In this document: one piece after another, positions 38,427 to 52,363 of the stretch
How the letters are laid out: the number at the start of each line of letters is the position of its first letter
Position numbering within the stretch: position 1 is the first letter of the stretch
Notes under the pieces: model-generated
Database searches by the model: none
What the model saw: the letters and a program-made list of their open reading frames with translations, nothing else
What the model was told of the DNA's origin: nothing
NCBI RefSeq assembly: GCF_041146345.1
Contig: NW_027191409.1
Span: 1,178,001-1,242,000 of the forward strand
Direction: 5' to 3'
Source: Neodothiora populina
Taxonomy: Eukaryota
DNA: 64,000 nt
Position numbers and translations under genes: made by a program

Positions 38427-38482
38427 CCAGCCAATGATGTCCCAGCCAATGACCAGCCGACGGCATCTTCCGCGATATATAA
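38427..38482. promoter_or_regulatory. Tandem CCAAT boxes (CCAGCCAATGA x2) containing a CSAAT-N12-RWT motif, plus TATATAA
   Basis: CCAAT at 38431 and 38446; 38431-38450 fits the CBC:HapX bipartite consensus; about 390 bp upstream of the HEM2 ATG. Confidence 0.45.
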
Positions 38483-41400
38483 GGCCGACGTCGCCTCTGC
38501 TCTGTTGCTGGTTTAGAAGAAGCCTCCTTTAACTTTCTTTATATGAGATATGCAGTACGCCTCAACTGTGTGGAACATGAATTTGCTTTAGCAATCCGAG
38601 AGCGCATACATCCATTGTACTGATCATTGTGTTATTCTGTACATATCGTGCAGAGACGCGCCTCAGAGAATGTTAGAGCTGACATCTGTTTTCCCGACGA
38701 GCATCGTTAACGATAAAGATGAAACATTGACCCTACTCCAACTTCTGATCGAGTGAAGTTGCTGCTTGACTTTTTTGAAGTTACGGAAGCAATTGTTTGC
38801 CCATCTTCAGCCTAGGAACATTATCTGCTGCGACATCTAGGGTCAGGGTGATCTATCACGTCCAATACCAATTGTGCTACAAGTTCTTATTCATGGTCTT
38901 GAGCACGTTGAACTGGTTTCAAACTTATGCTGAAAGGCGCAGGTAGGACTATTTGCTCGAGCTCTAGTCTTCTCAACGTTTGTGTTATTTCATTACTTTA
39001 GTATTTTCTTTAGTACTTTCCAGCAGTCGTTCACTGTTCAACACTATCACGTCCTGCAAGAGATACTTGACGCATTCACTGTCCGCTCTCAATTTTTGCT
39101 AGTATCCCTGCTTATCGTCTAAAGCCATCCTTCCGAGTTTTTCCCTGCATCAAATGACAACAGACCTTTGATGTTTACATCCCTCTTGCTTACACATCAA
39201 ACGACCATCTAGGGACTGTTTGACTTGCTGTTATTGTACACTTTCAAAGTCCCACTCTTTCATTTTAGCGAACCTGATTTTAAATTTGCATCCACTCATT
39301 CTTCATTGGAAATGCAACGATTCTGTACCCATTACTACTCCCTTTTCATCGGATGGTCATCAATGGATGATAGCTGAGCCTTTGGCCCATCACGTTCACT
39401 TCTAGCCAGTCTATACTAGAAGTTTATCACCTCTCCCTGCTATTACCGACATCGAGTAGACTACTAGACATGTTTCGATGTCTGCGTTAGAGACTTCGTC
39501 AGCGCAAAATGTGCAAGACCAAGGCCACCTACTGACCTTGCCGTTGCTGCTCATTAATCACATAATGGGTGAAAGTCTTCACTTCAATGGAATTACCACG
39601 CACGATATGCTGAAATTTCAGGCACTCAAAGAATACATCGCTATGGGAGCACTCGAGCACAATTGGAATCTCTACATCTCTAATGTCGAGGGTAGCGCAG
39701 CACCAAGCGCGGCTATAGCTAAACGGGGATTCATGAGGGTATTTGTGCTCGGGGAAGCTGAACACGATATAATGATTCGAGATCTCTGCCATTTTGCACC
39801 AAGTACGCGGCAAGCAAATCGGTTCACCTCAAGCAAACGCACCAACAGGACACAGAGCATGGGAGTGATGCCCCAGTGCGCCATGACATTCTAGCTCATT
39901 ACCTGCATCTTTCTACTTAAGGTATGCTTATATGTGCCTTTGCCGCCGCGGGTCCTAGCTACATACCGCTTGGCAGTAGTCGGAAGGTGCATATAGGACG
40001 AGCAATGCTTCAAAGTCGTGGCCTCTGTGCACAAGGTCGAGCTAGCACGTCGCATGATTTGAATTCGTGCTGGTGCAAAACCCGTACTGCTGCATCTACC
40101 GCTGTTCTCCCAGGATGATGCCGGCGACGCAAGCATGTAGGACAGTGAAACTCACGCGTGGCTTTCAGGCCACTGTAAACTCTCTCATGCTAAATGTAAG
40201 CCTGGACGATTATCTGAGCAATTGCAGGCAAGGAACTGTTCGTTCATAACTTACGTGGAATTCATGCTGAAATAGACCAGTAGCAACCAAGTCTAATCTG
40301 AAGTTCCATACCCGCGGAACCAAATGTTGACGCATAACATTGTGGACAGCGATATCATAGTTAAGAGATGACTTATGATGCTGTTCATCCCATTGCCTTT
40401 GACCGAATCGAGTCATCATAGGAATCTGTTCAATTGAGCTATGAACAGTCAAACTTCATACGGATCTTGTTCCAAGTATGATTCACATGTATGTATCCAG
40501 TCAAGTGGAGTTGTCCTCGCATTCAATATCCCTGTTTAGGTGTACGACAGAATGATTTGAATACCAAACCACTAGCTGCTACCACGGCCGAACTCGTACC
40601 CGACACAAGATAGCATCTCATGTCTTAGTCAGACATCCTCTAGGCTAGTGAACCCCATATCGTGGGTGAAAAAGGTGATCAACGATCAGCACTTAGGGGA
40701 AGAAAATGATGCACCGAAGTTCGGCATGGAAGATCATGCGTGACGTCGCTGGCCCGTATGTTCGCAGCACCGGCTTCAAAGCACTAAATATGCTTGAACC
40801 CTTTGACAAGATAACAATGGTTGGGATGCTACACTGTACAAGTGCAGTGTGTTAGGCAGAAAGAGCAGGAGCAGGTGGCGCACGGTAGAATACGCGAGAA
40901 TTTTCGCTGTTTCGTCTCTCGAAATACTTTATGCTATCGAGTAAGGTTGACGCAGGTGCCACGGGACTCCAAATATCAACGTGAAGTGGGTCAAACCTAG
41001 GTTTTCCCGAAGGGTCCCAAAGCTCGAAGCCAGTACACCGCGACCTCATCACCGGAGCAGAATGAGACGATGCTCAAACTTACCAGTGCTCTGAGACGAT
41101 CTTCAAACAATCTCATTCAGACAGTGTTCATGAACAAGGCAAATGCTCAGCTGCTCGCACTGGGGCTCTGCGCTGCCGTTGATCAATTAGCGCAAAGGAA
41201 GTCTTGAGATGCATTGAACGCACGCACCATATAGATTTTGGGTGGAGATAGAGCTGAGATATCACATCATCACATAGCTTGACTTGGACCGGGAAACAGA
41301 GCTTTGGTGCTTAAATAACGTCTACGATCGTCCATCTCTCCGAGTGTCTGGAAACATGCAAGTCATATGCAAGTGACAACTGCTCCAGTATTTCACCAAG

Positions 41401-42441
41401 AGGTATCCCGAAACGGCACACATGTCTAGAATCACAATTCTGAGGCGTAGGATTCGTATTGCCATCTTTGTAGTATCCTGGACAATTAATTATACACACC
41501 ACTCAAAGCAATCCTTCGACTGTACAGTCTGTCGGCGCTTAAGATTTGCGCCAAGCCAACCGAATACAAACCACGCTTCGGCGGCCAACCTTATATTCAG
41601 GAAAATCGATTGCCGACACCTGCAGGAAAGATACCTGTACCCTTAGCAATGAAGTAGAGCGTTCGCCATGAAACCGAATGTGGCTAGGCCCTGTTTCGCT
41701 ACCCGAGACTCAGATACAATGTAAGCAGACCTACTGTACAGCGAGTATTGTACAGGAGTCACAAGGTATCAGTAGGGTCTCAGGCCCCTGAATTCTTCTG
41801 GACCTACCAGGCGTCGATGCCCATCGTCTGTACACAGGGCCGTGGGCCCCTTTGCATTGTACTTTGCTCTTGGTATCCCGTGTTAACCCTCGGCGAAAAA
41901 GGCACGGCGCAGGAGATCAATCTATGGCGCAATGTAGACCTCACCCGCCATTTGCCGTGCACCGAATAATGCACTTCATCGTCAAAAACTAGGGATCTTG
42001 CCGGCTCGAGGGCAGCACTTGAAACTGGCTGTGCGCAGACAGAGTTCGAAGCTAGAAGGATACAGCCTCATACGATCTGCGGATGCTGCTGATACATTGA
42101 ACAATTGGACTTTTGTATCTACCAGAAATCGGGCACCAGTCTTGGGATGGACCAGATATTTGGGGTTCCGCCGCACATGGCGGTCCTGGAGCACCTTTCT
42201 CCAGATACTCATTCCCTAAGGATCATTGCCCATGTCCTCCGTGCTCCTACTTTGTTCTATATCTCATCTCTAATTTGCACACAGATCCCTTGCTGTCATT
42301 GTTCGGACTGGACACACATACAGTGGCTTGGTATTCACCATTCTCATCAGAGCTGCCAACAGGCCTCTGCTAGACATCCATTTGTTGCTCTCTCTACAGA
42401 TCTAAAAGTCTTAGAAAGATCTTGCCTTCCACCTCACCACC

Positions 42442-43581
42442 ATGGCCTCTGCAGCCTCATCGGCTTCTGAGATTCCCGATGTTACAAATCTCGGTTCGGG
42501 ACCTGTCCAACTTGTCAGGGTCGGAGTAGCATTTCTTGTGGTGGCATGGATATCTACAGCTCTGCGATTCTGGACGCGTACAATGATCATAAGATCCTTG
42601 GGGTGGGATGATTATACGATGCTGCTCACCATGGTGAGAGGCCCCTCGCTCCTCTTCGTCCGCACAGCTCCTTCTAATATTTTTGTATAGATAAGCTTCA
42701 CAGTACAGTGCGCATACCTCATCAGAGGGGGCATTATAGAGATGCACCCAGAACAGATCGTAACCCTTGGAGCAATTGCAGAACTTATCACGGATGTTAT
42801 AGCCTTTTCGGCATCGTTTGTCATGACGACTATAATCCTGAAGATATCCCTGGCACTTTTCTTTCTCCGGATCATCATCACCGACTGGCAACGCAAGGTT
42901 ATGTACTACATAACGGCGATTTATACCGCGTATGCTTTAGTATACTTCATTTGTGTGACCTTTGGCTGCGGTCTTCCCGCCGACTATCTCTTCAACACTG
43001 CCAAAGGCAAGTGCTTGTCTGTTGACCGAGTCGTCATACCAATGTCATATGCTCAAACATGTGCAAATGCTGCCGTTGACTGGGTCTACGTACTACTACC
43101 GATGCATACCCTATGGAATCTCAGGATGCCTAGAACAACAAAGCAGTGGGCGAGCTTACTCATCCTTCTGGGAGCACTTGGCAGTGTGGCCTCGCTTGTT
43201 CGATTGGGCTCTGTTGATGGGCTCTCACCAGGCCGGGACTTTCTTCGCCGTTCGGTGAACACCCGCATCTGGGCAACCATCGAACCTGGCTTGGGTATAG
43301 TCGCGGTGTCGCTTGCTACTACCAGACCGATGTTCAGGCGCTTCCTCGAAACCACGCGGGTTGGATATTCTGGCAACGGAAGTGGCTTCAATCACGTTGA
43401 TGCCGCTGCCACTGGGAATGGGGGAGGGTCAAAGTCTTTGGCCCTGGGCCCAGTATCTGCACCAGTGCGTGCAGGCTTCCGAGAAATCGATAAAAACAAT
43501 CCCGAGCTCACAAACATACAGATTGTTGACCCGGGCGAAAAGCAACAGACTGTGCATACCTACCAGGGGACCTGGGTATGA
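42442..43581 (+). CDS. PTH11-like (fungal rhodopsin-domain) integral membrane protein without CFEM, 2 exons
   Basis: LRFWTR..LGWDDY, LKISLALFFLRI, LPMHTLWNLRM, WATIEPGLGIVAVSLATTRP; about 7 hydrophobic helices; intron 42634-42690. Confidence 0.88.
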
Positions 43582-44977
43582 TAACAGTCGTCGACCATCC
43601 AAGTTTTATGATAGTATAAGCGTACATGACGCTTGCTAGATCAGGTCACTTTTCCTTCTAGGCGAAGTTGCTAAGAGAACGACCATGCTACACATAGCGC
43701 AGACCGAGCGTGATGCAGCGTCATTCGTACCAAGCTGCAACAACAAGAGCACGCTCTCATCGGACATAAGACTGCAGTTCAATCCGAGGATGACATGGCA
43801 ATGGCAACCGTAGCCGTCGCACACTCTTATGTCGCGAGTCAATGATGCTATCAAGGCAGTTCACTAGCTTCGAGCCAAGGTCGAGAACTGAAAAGCCACA
43901 ATCTATCGATATCCTTGTCGTGCAACCGCGTCAGGATGTCGCTTCAAGAGATTTGGTAAGATCACTGAATCGCTTTCTTTTAGAATGTGGCTTGCACATG
44001 GGAACTCGAGGGATTTATTCAGGCCTGTCATTGTCGAGGAGCAGACAGAGGCTGCTCTCTTCCTCTGGTTACCACGACCTCAACACGTTTTTACAGGATT
44101 CAGGATCTACAGCACAAACGAACATATGACATTAAGACCACTTGTACGACTATAGCACCACAGATTCTGTACGATTTGTTTGCTTTTGTTGTTTTACAAT
44201 TGCTGGCGTCGTTGGAGGGTCCAATTTTATATTAGATGAACAAGTCATCTTAGTGTAAAGTACTTATATCATACCAGCCGTCCCTATGGAGGACTTGGTC
44301 ACAACTTCTTTGACGAGCACTAAGCCAATACTACGAGTCTCAATTGCGTCATGTCACCATTGATAAGAGGCTCCTCGTGGAAAGCAGTATACATTAAGGA
44401 TATGTGCATGCGAATAACGGAGGCGCAGAGCGGTCGAAGTTGGTCTGGGTCCTGTGATATTGATGATCATGACGTCCTGCCTTGGGCGTCGAGCAATAAT
44501 CACAACCTGTTTCGCAAAAATCCTGTGGTCTACCGCAAATCATTTCCCGAGGAAAATTTACAAGCCAAGCGCTCCTAGAGGTTTCACGCAGCCACCTCAC
44601 TCTGTATGCGCATATTAGAGCCAATCCCTACGAGCTAGGCTTCATCTTCATGTCGCGTGCCTGATTGAGGATGACGATGTTCTGCGCTTCTTTCCCATGG
44701 TATGGCCGTCGTCGTCTAACCAAGTTTTTCGTGCAAGGCACAGAGGCAAGGTATGGTACATGGTGATGCTTCAGTTGCATTTCGTCATTCGTGCTACACG
44801 TAGAGTAGGTAAGGTATAAGTAGGAACGAAGTTCGTGAGGTATAGCCCTCTCGCACATCACTCCAATCTCAACAAGAGCATCCTGAAATATACATACCAT
44901 CTCCACATCCATACAGTGGTCCTTGTACAAAAATACCCAAAACGAGTTTAACGATTTATAAACAAATACCCACAAAT

Positions 44978-45429
44978 ATGCCCGCCGCACGCACCACAAC
45001 CACCAAGCCATCCCTGATGTCGCGCTTGCGCAATCCTGGCAACAGGAAGACCACCACTAAGCGGTCCACGAACCCGATTACTGGTAGTACCACAACCACG
45101 CAGACCACCAAGGAGACGACACATCCCCACCACACGGCGAGCACCACTACTCGACGATCCCACGCGACCACTGGGACCACTACTGCTACTCCGGTGCATC
45201 ACCACCGCCGTAAGACCAGTAAGTGCATCGTCCAGTAGTGGTGGATTTTCCTCTATACGACTTTGCCCATCCCTAACGAACCACTTTTTCTCTAGGTATG
45301 GGCGACAAAGTCAGCGGCGCAATGATGAAGGTCCGAGGCAGCTTGACCAGACGTCCTGGTCTCAAGGCTGCCGGTACCAGACGGATGCACGGTACTGACG
45401 GCAAAGGATCTCATCACCGCACCTACTAG
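44978..45429 (+). CDS. Small basic Thr/His-rich hypothetical protein, 2 exons
   Basis: ATG after CACAAAT; intron GTAAGT(45219)..CTAAC..TAG(45295); exon 2 MGDKVSGAMMKVRGSLTRRPGLKAAGTRRMHGTDGKGSHHRTY-TAG. Confidence 0.8.
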
Positions 45430-46881
45430 ATATAGGCCCTTTTTGTTTTCTAGTCATCTAAACGTTCCATTGTTTTTTCAACAGCAAGCCCACGTGGCAT
45501 ATGGAGACGGTTTTGTCACGGCGGAAGAGTCGTCGTCGATACGGACGGCAATAGCGGGAGTGACGATTTTACCGAGATACCACGATGTTCCTCCCTTAAT
45601 GTACAATAGTCATGAATTTTGCCCACGATAATCACAGACCGAGTTTTCCAGTCACCACCAATCTCCTTACTGATGCATGTAACGTGGGTGCCCAAAGATC
45701 CGCATTAGGTCTCACTCTCGAGCCAACGGACCCTTACTGGTGCTGTTCACTCGACCATGTCCGCAAAGATATCTGTGCACCAGCGGAGCTTTTGTGGCCC
45801 AGTACGACGCGTTGTACCGTACAGTACAGTACAGTACTTTGTATAAGGCAAAGTACGAGAGTCAGGCTCCGCGCAATGTGTTTCCTCTGTAGCAGTAGTA
45901 GTAGCAGTAGTAGTAGCGAATGTGTCTTCTCAAGCGAAAAAGCGAAAGTGAGGCGTCGCGTGAGATGTGTGGTTGCCGAAAAGCTAATTGTACAACGGGG
46001 GCTGTTTAGACCATGAGGCGTTGCTTACAATGATGGGCATGCAAGAACAACTCCACCACATGAAGACCATGTACGAGCATCGGATTGCTAAGGTGGCCGA
46101 TCGTGGTGGATGACCGCGAACTATTGTACGGTACCTTATGTAAAGGACGCTAGACTCTCTCTGAATGTGCGGGTCCCAACGCAGTACGTATGTGCCTGGC
46201 CTTGTGCGTTTTACGCATTTTGTGTGTCTCCACGTCTATTCGCACGCAGTAGCTTCACGACTGCTTCATGCTTGCCTCAGAAAGAATGGGGATCTGTTTG
46301 AAAATGTCAAATAGAGGGCCTTCTGTTGTCTGGTCACCACTCAGCCGTCGCTCGTCTCACCCCTGCTAATACGCAAGGATCTGACAAAGGCTGTCGTTCG
46401 TCAGTGAACAAGTATCTGTGTATACGAGGCACGCCTAGTCGTTCCAGGAAAAGCCTCGAGGACTCGTATTTTTAGCATCGCTTGGACCCGTCCGTCCTGT
46501 CACTTGTTCTACCCGGACCCTCATCATCCCGTCCGCAGGAGGCACACGTTCGTTTTCAGCATCACCATCATCATCATCGTCGACTTTTCATTATTTTCCT
46601 TTTTCCCTTTTCCATCGTACATACTCTCGTTTGTTGCTCCCTTCCTACCGCTCGTTTCAGCACAAAAATACAGCACTTACTCTCGCCTGCCTGCACAACT
46701 AAGCGCCTTATAAGGTTGTTCGTGCCATAGGTGCAACGACAACTCAAATTCCTATCGATCCCAACGGTCTCGACCACGAGACAAAATCCATCTCTCACAT
46801 CTCGTCATACGCGCTCTCGACTCGTGTGTCGTTGCGCATTCTTCGAGCGCTTCACTCGGTTGCAAGTGAATATCCAACAAA

Positions 46882-48051
46882 ATGTTGCAGTCTTCAGTCA
46901 GATTGGCGCTGCTCGCCTTGGCCGTGTTGCTAGCGATGACCCTCGTCACAGCTGGCACCACTCCTCCACCACGAGCAATGATGGAGAAGCGACAGGGTGG
47001 TAATCTCAGTACTGGAGCGTCTTCAAGCGCGGTGACATCAACTCAGCCATCAGATACATCGTCTGTCACACCGACGTCCACAGATACACCAACGTCGTCG
47101 GTCGTGAGCAGCACACCGTCCACCACTGATACTCCTACATCCGTGAGCAGCTCTACACCCATAACGTCATCGGATCCCATCACGTCTTCGGACCCTGTCA
47201 CAAGCTCTGTCACGTCGACGACACCTTCCGACACCTCAGACAGTTCAACACCAACACCGACATCGACTTCCACATCGACATCAGCTTCGATCTCGAGCTC
47301 AGACTCAGTCTCCGCGACTTCTTCAACCACGGACTCATCCGTCACATCGGCGTCGTCTTCGGCATCTAGCAGCAGCGCATCTGAATCAGGCTCTTCTTCA
47401 GGATCGTCGGCAAGCGCTACTTCATCTGGGTCGGCCTCTGGTTCGTCGTCATCGGCATCCTCGTCTTCGTCGGGTCGACGTTCTAGCAGCAGGTCTAGCA
47501 GTACCACTGCCACTTCTGATATCACCGTGATTGGCAGCGGTAGCAGTGCTACTACCATCGACAGGGCCACAGTCAGCAAACCTACGACCATCACGTCTGC
47601 TCTCGTCACGTCTCAAACCCAAAGATACACCACCACTGTCGTATACGTCACTGAAGGTGTTACTCGATCATCTGTGCTGGCGACCGACAAGGTGGTTGCA
47701 TCCACGACAGGCTACGCGACAGCCACTGTCTCCCCAAGTGTCCAGAACGGTAAGGGCGGGTCCGGAGGTTCATCTGGTCTGAGCTCGAGCAGCAAGAAGA
47801 TCATTGGAGGTGTTGTTGGTGGCGTGGGCGGAGCGATCCTCATCGGAGCCATTGCTGTCGTCGGCTGGCGTCTGTGGGGACGCAAGCACCACAAGATCCC
47901 CACCGAAGACGACGACATCTTCGCTGGGGCCAACGACAACATCATGAGAGAGAAGCCGGTCAACAGCTCCGGCATCCCACTCCGAGAGAGCAACGGACTC
48001 GAAAGATATCACAACCCCAACGGCGCTGTAAATACAGCATCGAACTTCTGA
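46882..48051 (+). CDS. Mid2/MtlA-like cell-wall stress sensor (signal peptide, Ser/Thr-rich ectodomain, single TM helix)
   Basis: Signal peptide with KR site; long S/T tract; TM KKIIGGVVGGVGGAILIGAIAVVGWRLW; tail ending VNTASNF. Confidence 0.85.
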   Translation: MLQSSVRLALLALAVLLAMTLVTAGTTPPPRAMMEKRQGGNLSTGASSSAVTSTQPSDTSSVTPTSTDTPTSSVVSSTPSTTDTPTSVSSSTPITSSDPITSSDPVTSSVTSTTPSDTSDSSTPTPTSTSTSTSASISSSDSVSATSSTTDSSVTSASSSASSSSASESGSSSGSSASATSSGSASGSSSSASSSSSGRRSSSRSSSTTATSDITVIGSGSSATTIDRATVSKPTTITSALVTSQTQRYTTTVVYVTEGVTRSSVLATDKVVASTTGYATATVSPSVQNGKGGSGGSSGLSSSSKKIIGGVVGGVGGAILIGAIAVVGWRLWGRKHHKIPTEDDDIFAGANDNIMREKPVNSSGIPLRESNGLERYHNPNGAVNTASNF

Positions 48052-49422
48052 TGAAGCGACCAGAAAAGGAATAAAGTAAAATTGGACTTATTATTATTAT
48101 CCTTACGAAAGCGAATCAAGCAAGCGTGTTTTTTTTTTGTGTTTTTCTGGGGGATAATATACATTTTTTGTATTACCTCTTTACGAAATACTTCATCAGC
48201 AGCAGCGAATGCTCACTGAGGTGCATAATTGTATATAGACAGACAATGTCAAATGTATTGACAGAAAAAGCGGTCGCTCATTCCATTCATTGCGATCAAC
48301 AGGATATGTCTTGGCCGATAGGCAGCCATAGCGTGTAATGTTCATGATGTCCACTGATGTTGAGACATTTAAATGCGAGCGCATACTGGACTTTGCTGAA
48401 GTCGTCTAATGAGAAGCAAGAGGCAAAGTAAAGTAGCGGCGGAGGTCTTGCCGATGTCCTGTCCCGAGTTGAATTAGTGGGATGGAGACGATGTGGGATG
48501 GAGGGAGTGGATCCCTTTTTATGCACATCATATATATGCCATGCAATAGTAGTCCCTTGTCTCATAAACACTGTTGTTCGGAATGCAAAGACTCGATATT
48601 GAAATTGCAGTACAGCAGAGTAGTATAAGATCTACAACACAGCAAGCAAGCGGAGTCGGTTTTCGCGTCGCGTTGCTGTTTTAATCCAACTTTCGTGCCA
48701 GCGAGCGCGCGCCGGACTCCACTTTCCTTATTTCCTGAACCGTTGCTCGAGATGGGACAAGAAGGGAAATTTGATTTGAACCCTTGAATGGTTTGTTGAT
48801 CTGCGCCAACTCGTTGCTGGGTCCGGCGGTAGTGGCCCCGTGGCTGGCTAAACAAAGGATTGAATCAATGAGTGCTTGTTAAACAAATGATGAATCGCTT
48901 GGATGGCAGCCCGGCCGGCCAGCCAGCCAGCAAAGCAGATGTGCTGTAATTGTCTCCCCCCGCCGTTTTGGTTTCGTACCTCTCTGGCCTGTATGTAGTC
49001 GGCAGTCAACAACGTTGTAGGGGTTGGGGTTCCTTTCTTTTCTCTTTTGTTGACATTGTCTGTTTCGTGAGTGGAACTCGAGATGATACCTGTCTCCAAC
49101 ACATTTCTGTTCTCGTTTATGAATCGTTATTGTTAGATGGTCTCGCTCTAGTATAAGGTAGCAATCAGTCAACCAGTCAAACAATCGAGCACAGAAAGGC
49201 TAGATTTGTTTCAGCAAACACGGGTAATAGTAGCAGCAAAAAGGTGGGAGAAGGAGAGAGATCCAGATCCAGATCCAGATCAGGGCAAAACAGAACAAAG
49301 CGCAAGCAAGGATCCACCCACATGTGCCCCTCGTCCTCCTCCTCATGTCCACCCTGCTACAAAGACCGTCGCCCGACCACCCCAAGCCCAAGAAGGGGCC
49401 GCCGTCAGGCATCGCAACAGCA

Positions 49423-51826
49423 ATGAGGGCAGCTTTCCGCAGCGGAGTCGTAGCAACAACCAGTCATCGCCGCAGCTCGTCGCTGACCTCTGTGCCGCCG
49501 CCGCGAAACTCGTCGGATTATTCCCAGGACCACGCTGATCTCGCCGCGTCCATCCTCTATCGCTCGCCGCTGCCTTCGCAGTCTGGGCTGCCGGTTTACG
49601 TGCTCAATGCTGCTGCCTTCCCGGATGCGTTCGAGGTCGATTACGATACCCTGCTGGGTTACGTCCTCGCGAGGCTGCCTGGCGAGGAGGAACTTATCGC
49701 TGGCGAGAATTATGAGGTGATTTTCTTCGCTGGGGGCCAACCCGAGAGCGCAACTTCGGAGAAGAAGGCCGGGCCGGGCAATATGTGGTATTTGCAGGCG
49801 TATCAGATCCTCAGCAGAGCCGTGAGGAAGAGACTGCACAAGCTATACGTTGTTCACGAGAGGAGCTGGGTGAGATAAAAACACCGAAAACGGGGGAGAT
49901 GCGATATACTAATCCACCGCATAGGTGCGTGTCTTGATTGAGATTTTTAGTACTATCGTGTCGCCCAAGTTCAAGAAAAAGATTGTCCATGTCAACACCC
50001 TGAGCGGACTCGCCCTGCATCTACCCATTGAGCAGCTTATGATCCCACCGTCGGTATTCCTACACGATCGTCGCATCTCCCCGGACATCTATGCCCCATA
50101 TGCTAGCGGCAGGAGAGCCTTTGCCGCCGACGAGCCACTTCCGAAGAACCTACAAGGCGAGACACGCCTGTCCCGTGTGCTGCGAGAGACTACCACCTTT
50201 GTGTGTCTCGGTGGTAATTTGAAGACGGAAGGCTTGTTCAGGATCCCGGCTCATTCACAACTGACTGGCATCCTGAGAGAGGCATACGACAGGGGTCAAC
50301 AATTCATTGTCTGGAAAGAAGGACCCGTCGTGTGGTCACAACCCGGGATGGACCCCATCATCCTTCGAGAAGTGCAAATAGGAGACACATACAACGTGCA
50401 CCTGGCGGCCGGACTGATAAAGCTATGGTACCGCGAACTGAGGAAGCCGATCTTCGAGGAGTCGTGTTATGTCGAGGTCAGACGTCGATTCTCTGTAGAC
50501 GAGGAAATCACTATAGAAGACCTCGCCGATGTCTTCTCGCCCACTTCTACACGGTCGCTATTGACCCCTACAGCGAGGCAGATTGTCACCTTGCACCTGT
50601 TGCCTTTGCTATCAGCTGTCGCGAGCTACGAAGTCGCGAACAAGATGACGATAGAGAACCTCGCTATCTGTTTTGCCCCCGCTCTTGTGTGTGGATCGGA
50701 CCAGCTAGCAGATGCCAAGATGACCTCTGTCATTCGACGGGTGTTGGAAGCCGCAGTGGAAGCTTGGCCGCATGGGCTCAGAGAAGCATGCGGAACGGCA
50801 GCAGACGCGTTTGAGTCTGCCATCAAACCACCGAAGAACCCGCAAGACTACGAAGACCCCCTTTACGCAAACTACCGACCGCAGGAGCAGGAGGCGGCCG
50901 AGAGACAGAACATCCTCCTTCTCGATCTTGACGACCAAGACGACGCAGCGCCGCCACCCGCTCTGCCTCCAAGACCGGAATCTCTCCAGACTTCGTTCCC
51001 GGCCAGACAAGACAGCATTTCATCTCCTGTGAAACGCAAGCCTGCCCCGCCCGCCACACTCCCTCCTCGATATTCAATGGTCGACAGGAGTAAACAGCAG
51101 GAGAAAGTCACCTCACCTACCAGGGAGGAAAAGAAACAAATGCAGTCCGCACCCAAGTTGGGGTCAAAGGAAGTCAGCTTGGTCGAGGTCGAATCGGCCC
51201 CAGCATACGTTGCGCAATCCGACACAGCACCCACTAATCGACCGCAAGGCGCTATGATGAAAGAGCTCAAGGCTTCACTAATCACAGATGCGGGCAAGCG
51301 CAAGCCGATATCTTCTCCGGGGACTCCTGCTTCGGTTTCTCCAGCCACTGAATCATCATCATCATCAGCAGCAGCAAAGAGCACAATTACTCAGCAGCGA
51401 TCGGTATCGGGCAACGACGCTCCGACAAGTAGCAGCAGCGACAGCACCTTTGCACGTCCGACATGGCCGGCCTCAGCACGCCAGGTTTCAGCGCCCATGG
51501 TCCCACAGATTCAGATGCCCACAGAGAGCGGATCAACGGAACGGCCTACGACTCCCGGTACGACATTCAAAGCACGTGGACCCAGCGCTGGGCTGTTGCA
51601 GAGGATGGCAAGCATGGAAGAAGAAAAGAAGAAGCAAAGAGAAGCGGAGAGACTTTTGCCTCAGCGATTGGGACTCAAGAAGGCCAGCGTGGACGATCTC
51701 AAGAGACTCTACGAGGACAGAGCGACGACAGTGGAGAAGCTCAACACAGCCAGCGTGTCCAGGAGAGGGTCTACAGCGAGCAGCATGGACGGGTCGAGAC
51801 GAGCCTCCAACGCGAGTGGTTTTTGA
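49423..51826 (+). CDS. ECM25: CRAL-TRIO(BCH)/RhoGAP protein, Ecm25-like, 2 exons
   Basis: BCH-like KLYVVHERSW|VRVLIEIFSTIVSPKFKKKI; RhoGAP TEGLFRIP, KLWYRELRKPI, NKMTIENLAICFAP; intron 49871-49924. Start codon is approximate. Confidence 0.82.
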
Positions 51827-52363
51827 AACTCTTGGCCCGATGTGAATAACGAGGAGTATGGTGGTTACGTCGTCAGGAAACTTGCATCATGAGTCCATAG
51901 AAGCACAAATTGGCGTTGGGTGTGGACGAGGCACAGTAGATGAGGCAGGAGTTGGTTGGTGTCTGCCCGCACTTTGTCATGATTGCATTATTATTACTCT
52001 TATTATTCCATCATCTTGTCATGGACTGCTTGGTGCTATGCATGTATAACGAGGCGAGATGTGTTCTTGTATAACACAATAAGGTGATGTCTCGCGATGG
52101 AGGGGGCTCGGGGGGATAATCGATCGTCCGAAGCCGCGGCAGGGAAAGAGACGGGCCGTGCCCTGTGGATGACTCCCGATCTCCATCATTAACGCATTCG
52201 TCGACGGTATCTGGACCTTTTTTTCGTCGCGGACGGTAGACTCATTCATCTATATTTTGTGTTTATAAAACATCTTGTCGATTGCTTCCCACATCTCGTT
52301 TCTGTTTTCCTTGTCCCAGCACAAGAATTGGAAAAAACAGGTCAAGTGGAAAATAAAAGAATC

